NCBI GenBank assembly: GCA_963707635.1
Contig: OY970173.1
Coordinates: forward strand, 1,344,001-1,408,000
Origin: Candidatus Latescibacterota bacterium
Lineage (GTDB): Bacteria; Krumholzibacteriota; Krumholzibacteriia; WVZY01; JAKEHA01
Direction of reading: 5' to 3'
Length of the DNA: 64,000 bases
In this document: in pieces, positions 63,587 to 64,000 of the stretch
How positions within the stretch are numbered: position 1 is the stretch's first letter
How the letters are laid out: the number at the start of each line of letters is the position of its first letter
Program-made: the position numbers and the translations under genes
The notes under the pieces: generated by a model
What the model was told of the DNA's origin: nothing
The model's input: the letters and a program-made list of their open reading frames with translations, nothing else
Databases searched by the model: none

Positions 63587-64000
63587 ATGGTCCGACCCAT
63601 CCTTGCCGGGCTCTGCGCGGCCTGTCTTGCGTGCAGTTCCGCGGACGAGCCCGCGTCGCGCGTCAGTCGCGGTGCGCCCTCGGATAGCGCGAAGGGGCCG
63701 GTGACGGGTGGTCGCGTCATCATCGGGGTTCAGCAGGAACCCGAAATGCTCAGCGAGATCCTGAACTCGATGGCGACCAACAATCTGGTCTGCAATCTCA
63801 TCTTCAGCAAGTTCGTCAAGTACGACGACCACTACCAGCTCATTCCGGATCTGATCACCGAGATCCCGACCGTCGACAACGGCGGCATCTCGGCCGATTA
63901 CCTGGTCTACACCTACCACTTGCGGCCCGACGCCCGCTGGCACGACGGCCAGCCCGTGACGAGCGCGGACGTGAAGTTCACGTTCGACGTCATCATGGAT
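63587..64000 (+). CDS. Peptide ABC transporter substrate-binding lipoprotein (family 5), 3' truncated by the window edge
   Basis: Translated by hand: lipobox CLAC, GGRVIIG..QEP, PDL, NGGIS, YTYHLR..ARWHDGQPVTSADVKFT. No stop before the edge, so absent from the ORF track. Confidence 0.85.
   Translation, partial: MVRPILAGLCAACLACSSADEPASRVSRGAPSDSAKGPVTGGRVIIGVQQEPEMLSEILNSMATNNLVCNLIFSKFVKYDDHYQLIPDLITEIPTVDNGGISADYLVYTYHLRPDARWHDGQPVTSADVKFTFDVIMD

Overview
A GC-rich, almost entirely + strand chromosomal region of a diderm bacterium. FlgD-Ig C-terminal proteins, GWxTD proteins and a PorV/PorQ-like barrel suggest an FCB-related lineage such as Krumholzibacteriota, Latescibacterota or Eisenbacteria; this is inference only. 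1-13 kb is an accessory block: a frameshifted ABC ATPase and ABC permease/M1 aminopeptidase fusion, a 1-Cys peroxiredoxin, a beta-propeller lipoprotein, a small secreted protein paired with a Zn-metalloprotease, a gluzincin-like lipoprotein, a GNAT, and a 14-repeat LVIVD protein. Then come uvrA-gcvT-gcvH-gcvPA-gcvPB and an Opp/Dpp BCDF set. 25-45 kb is an envelope cluster: TonB-dependent-type barrel, PorV-like barrel, GWxTD protein, ExbB, two ExbD, TolC/MacAB-type exporter, a second GWxTD protein, DppABC and a YkfC-like NlpC/P60 peptidase. The rest holds an orphan outer-membrane barrel, rhomboid-TPR, radC-mreBCD-mrdA-rodA, lgt, comF, gap-pgk-tpiA-secG-tRNA-Leu(GAG), DUF4139-like, DUF4446-like, a second rhomboid, trxA and a partial peptide-binding protein. 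Best leads: (i) the TBDR-PorV-GWxTD-ExbBDD operon as a possible T9SS-like export/surface-handling system, with CTD-bearing candidate substrates in the same window; (ii) a two-copy 59-nt structured non-coding element with a compensatory base change and unrelated closing stems; (iii) a decayed copy of a gene 3' end, a promoter-like motif shared by the two FlgD-Ig genes, and a propeller with hypervariable loops. No CRISPR array, integrase, transposase or rRNA was seen. All family calls come from motif recognition by eye, not database searches.
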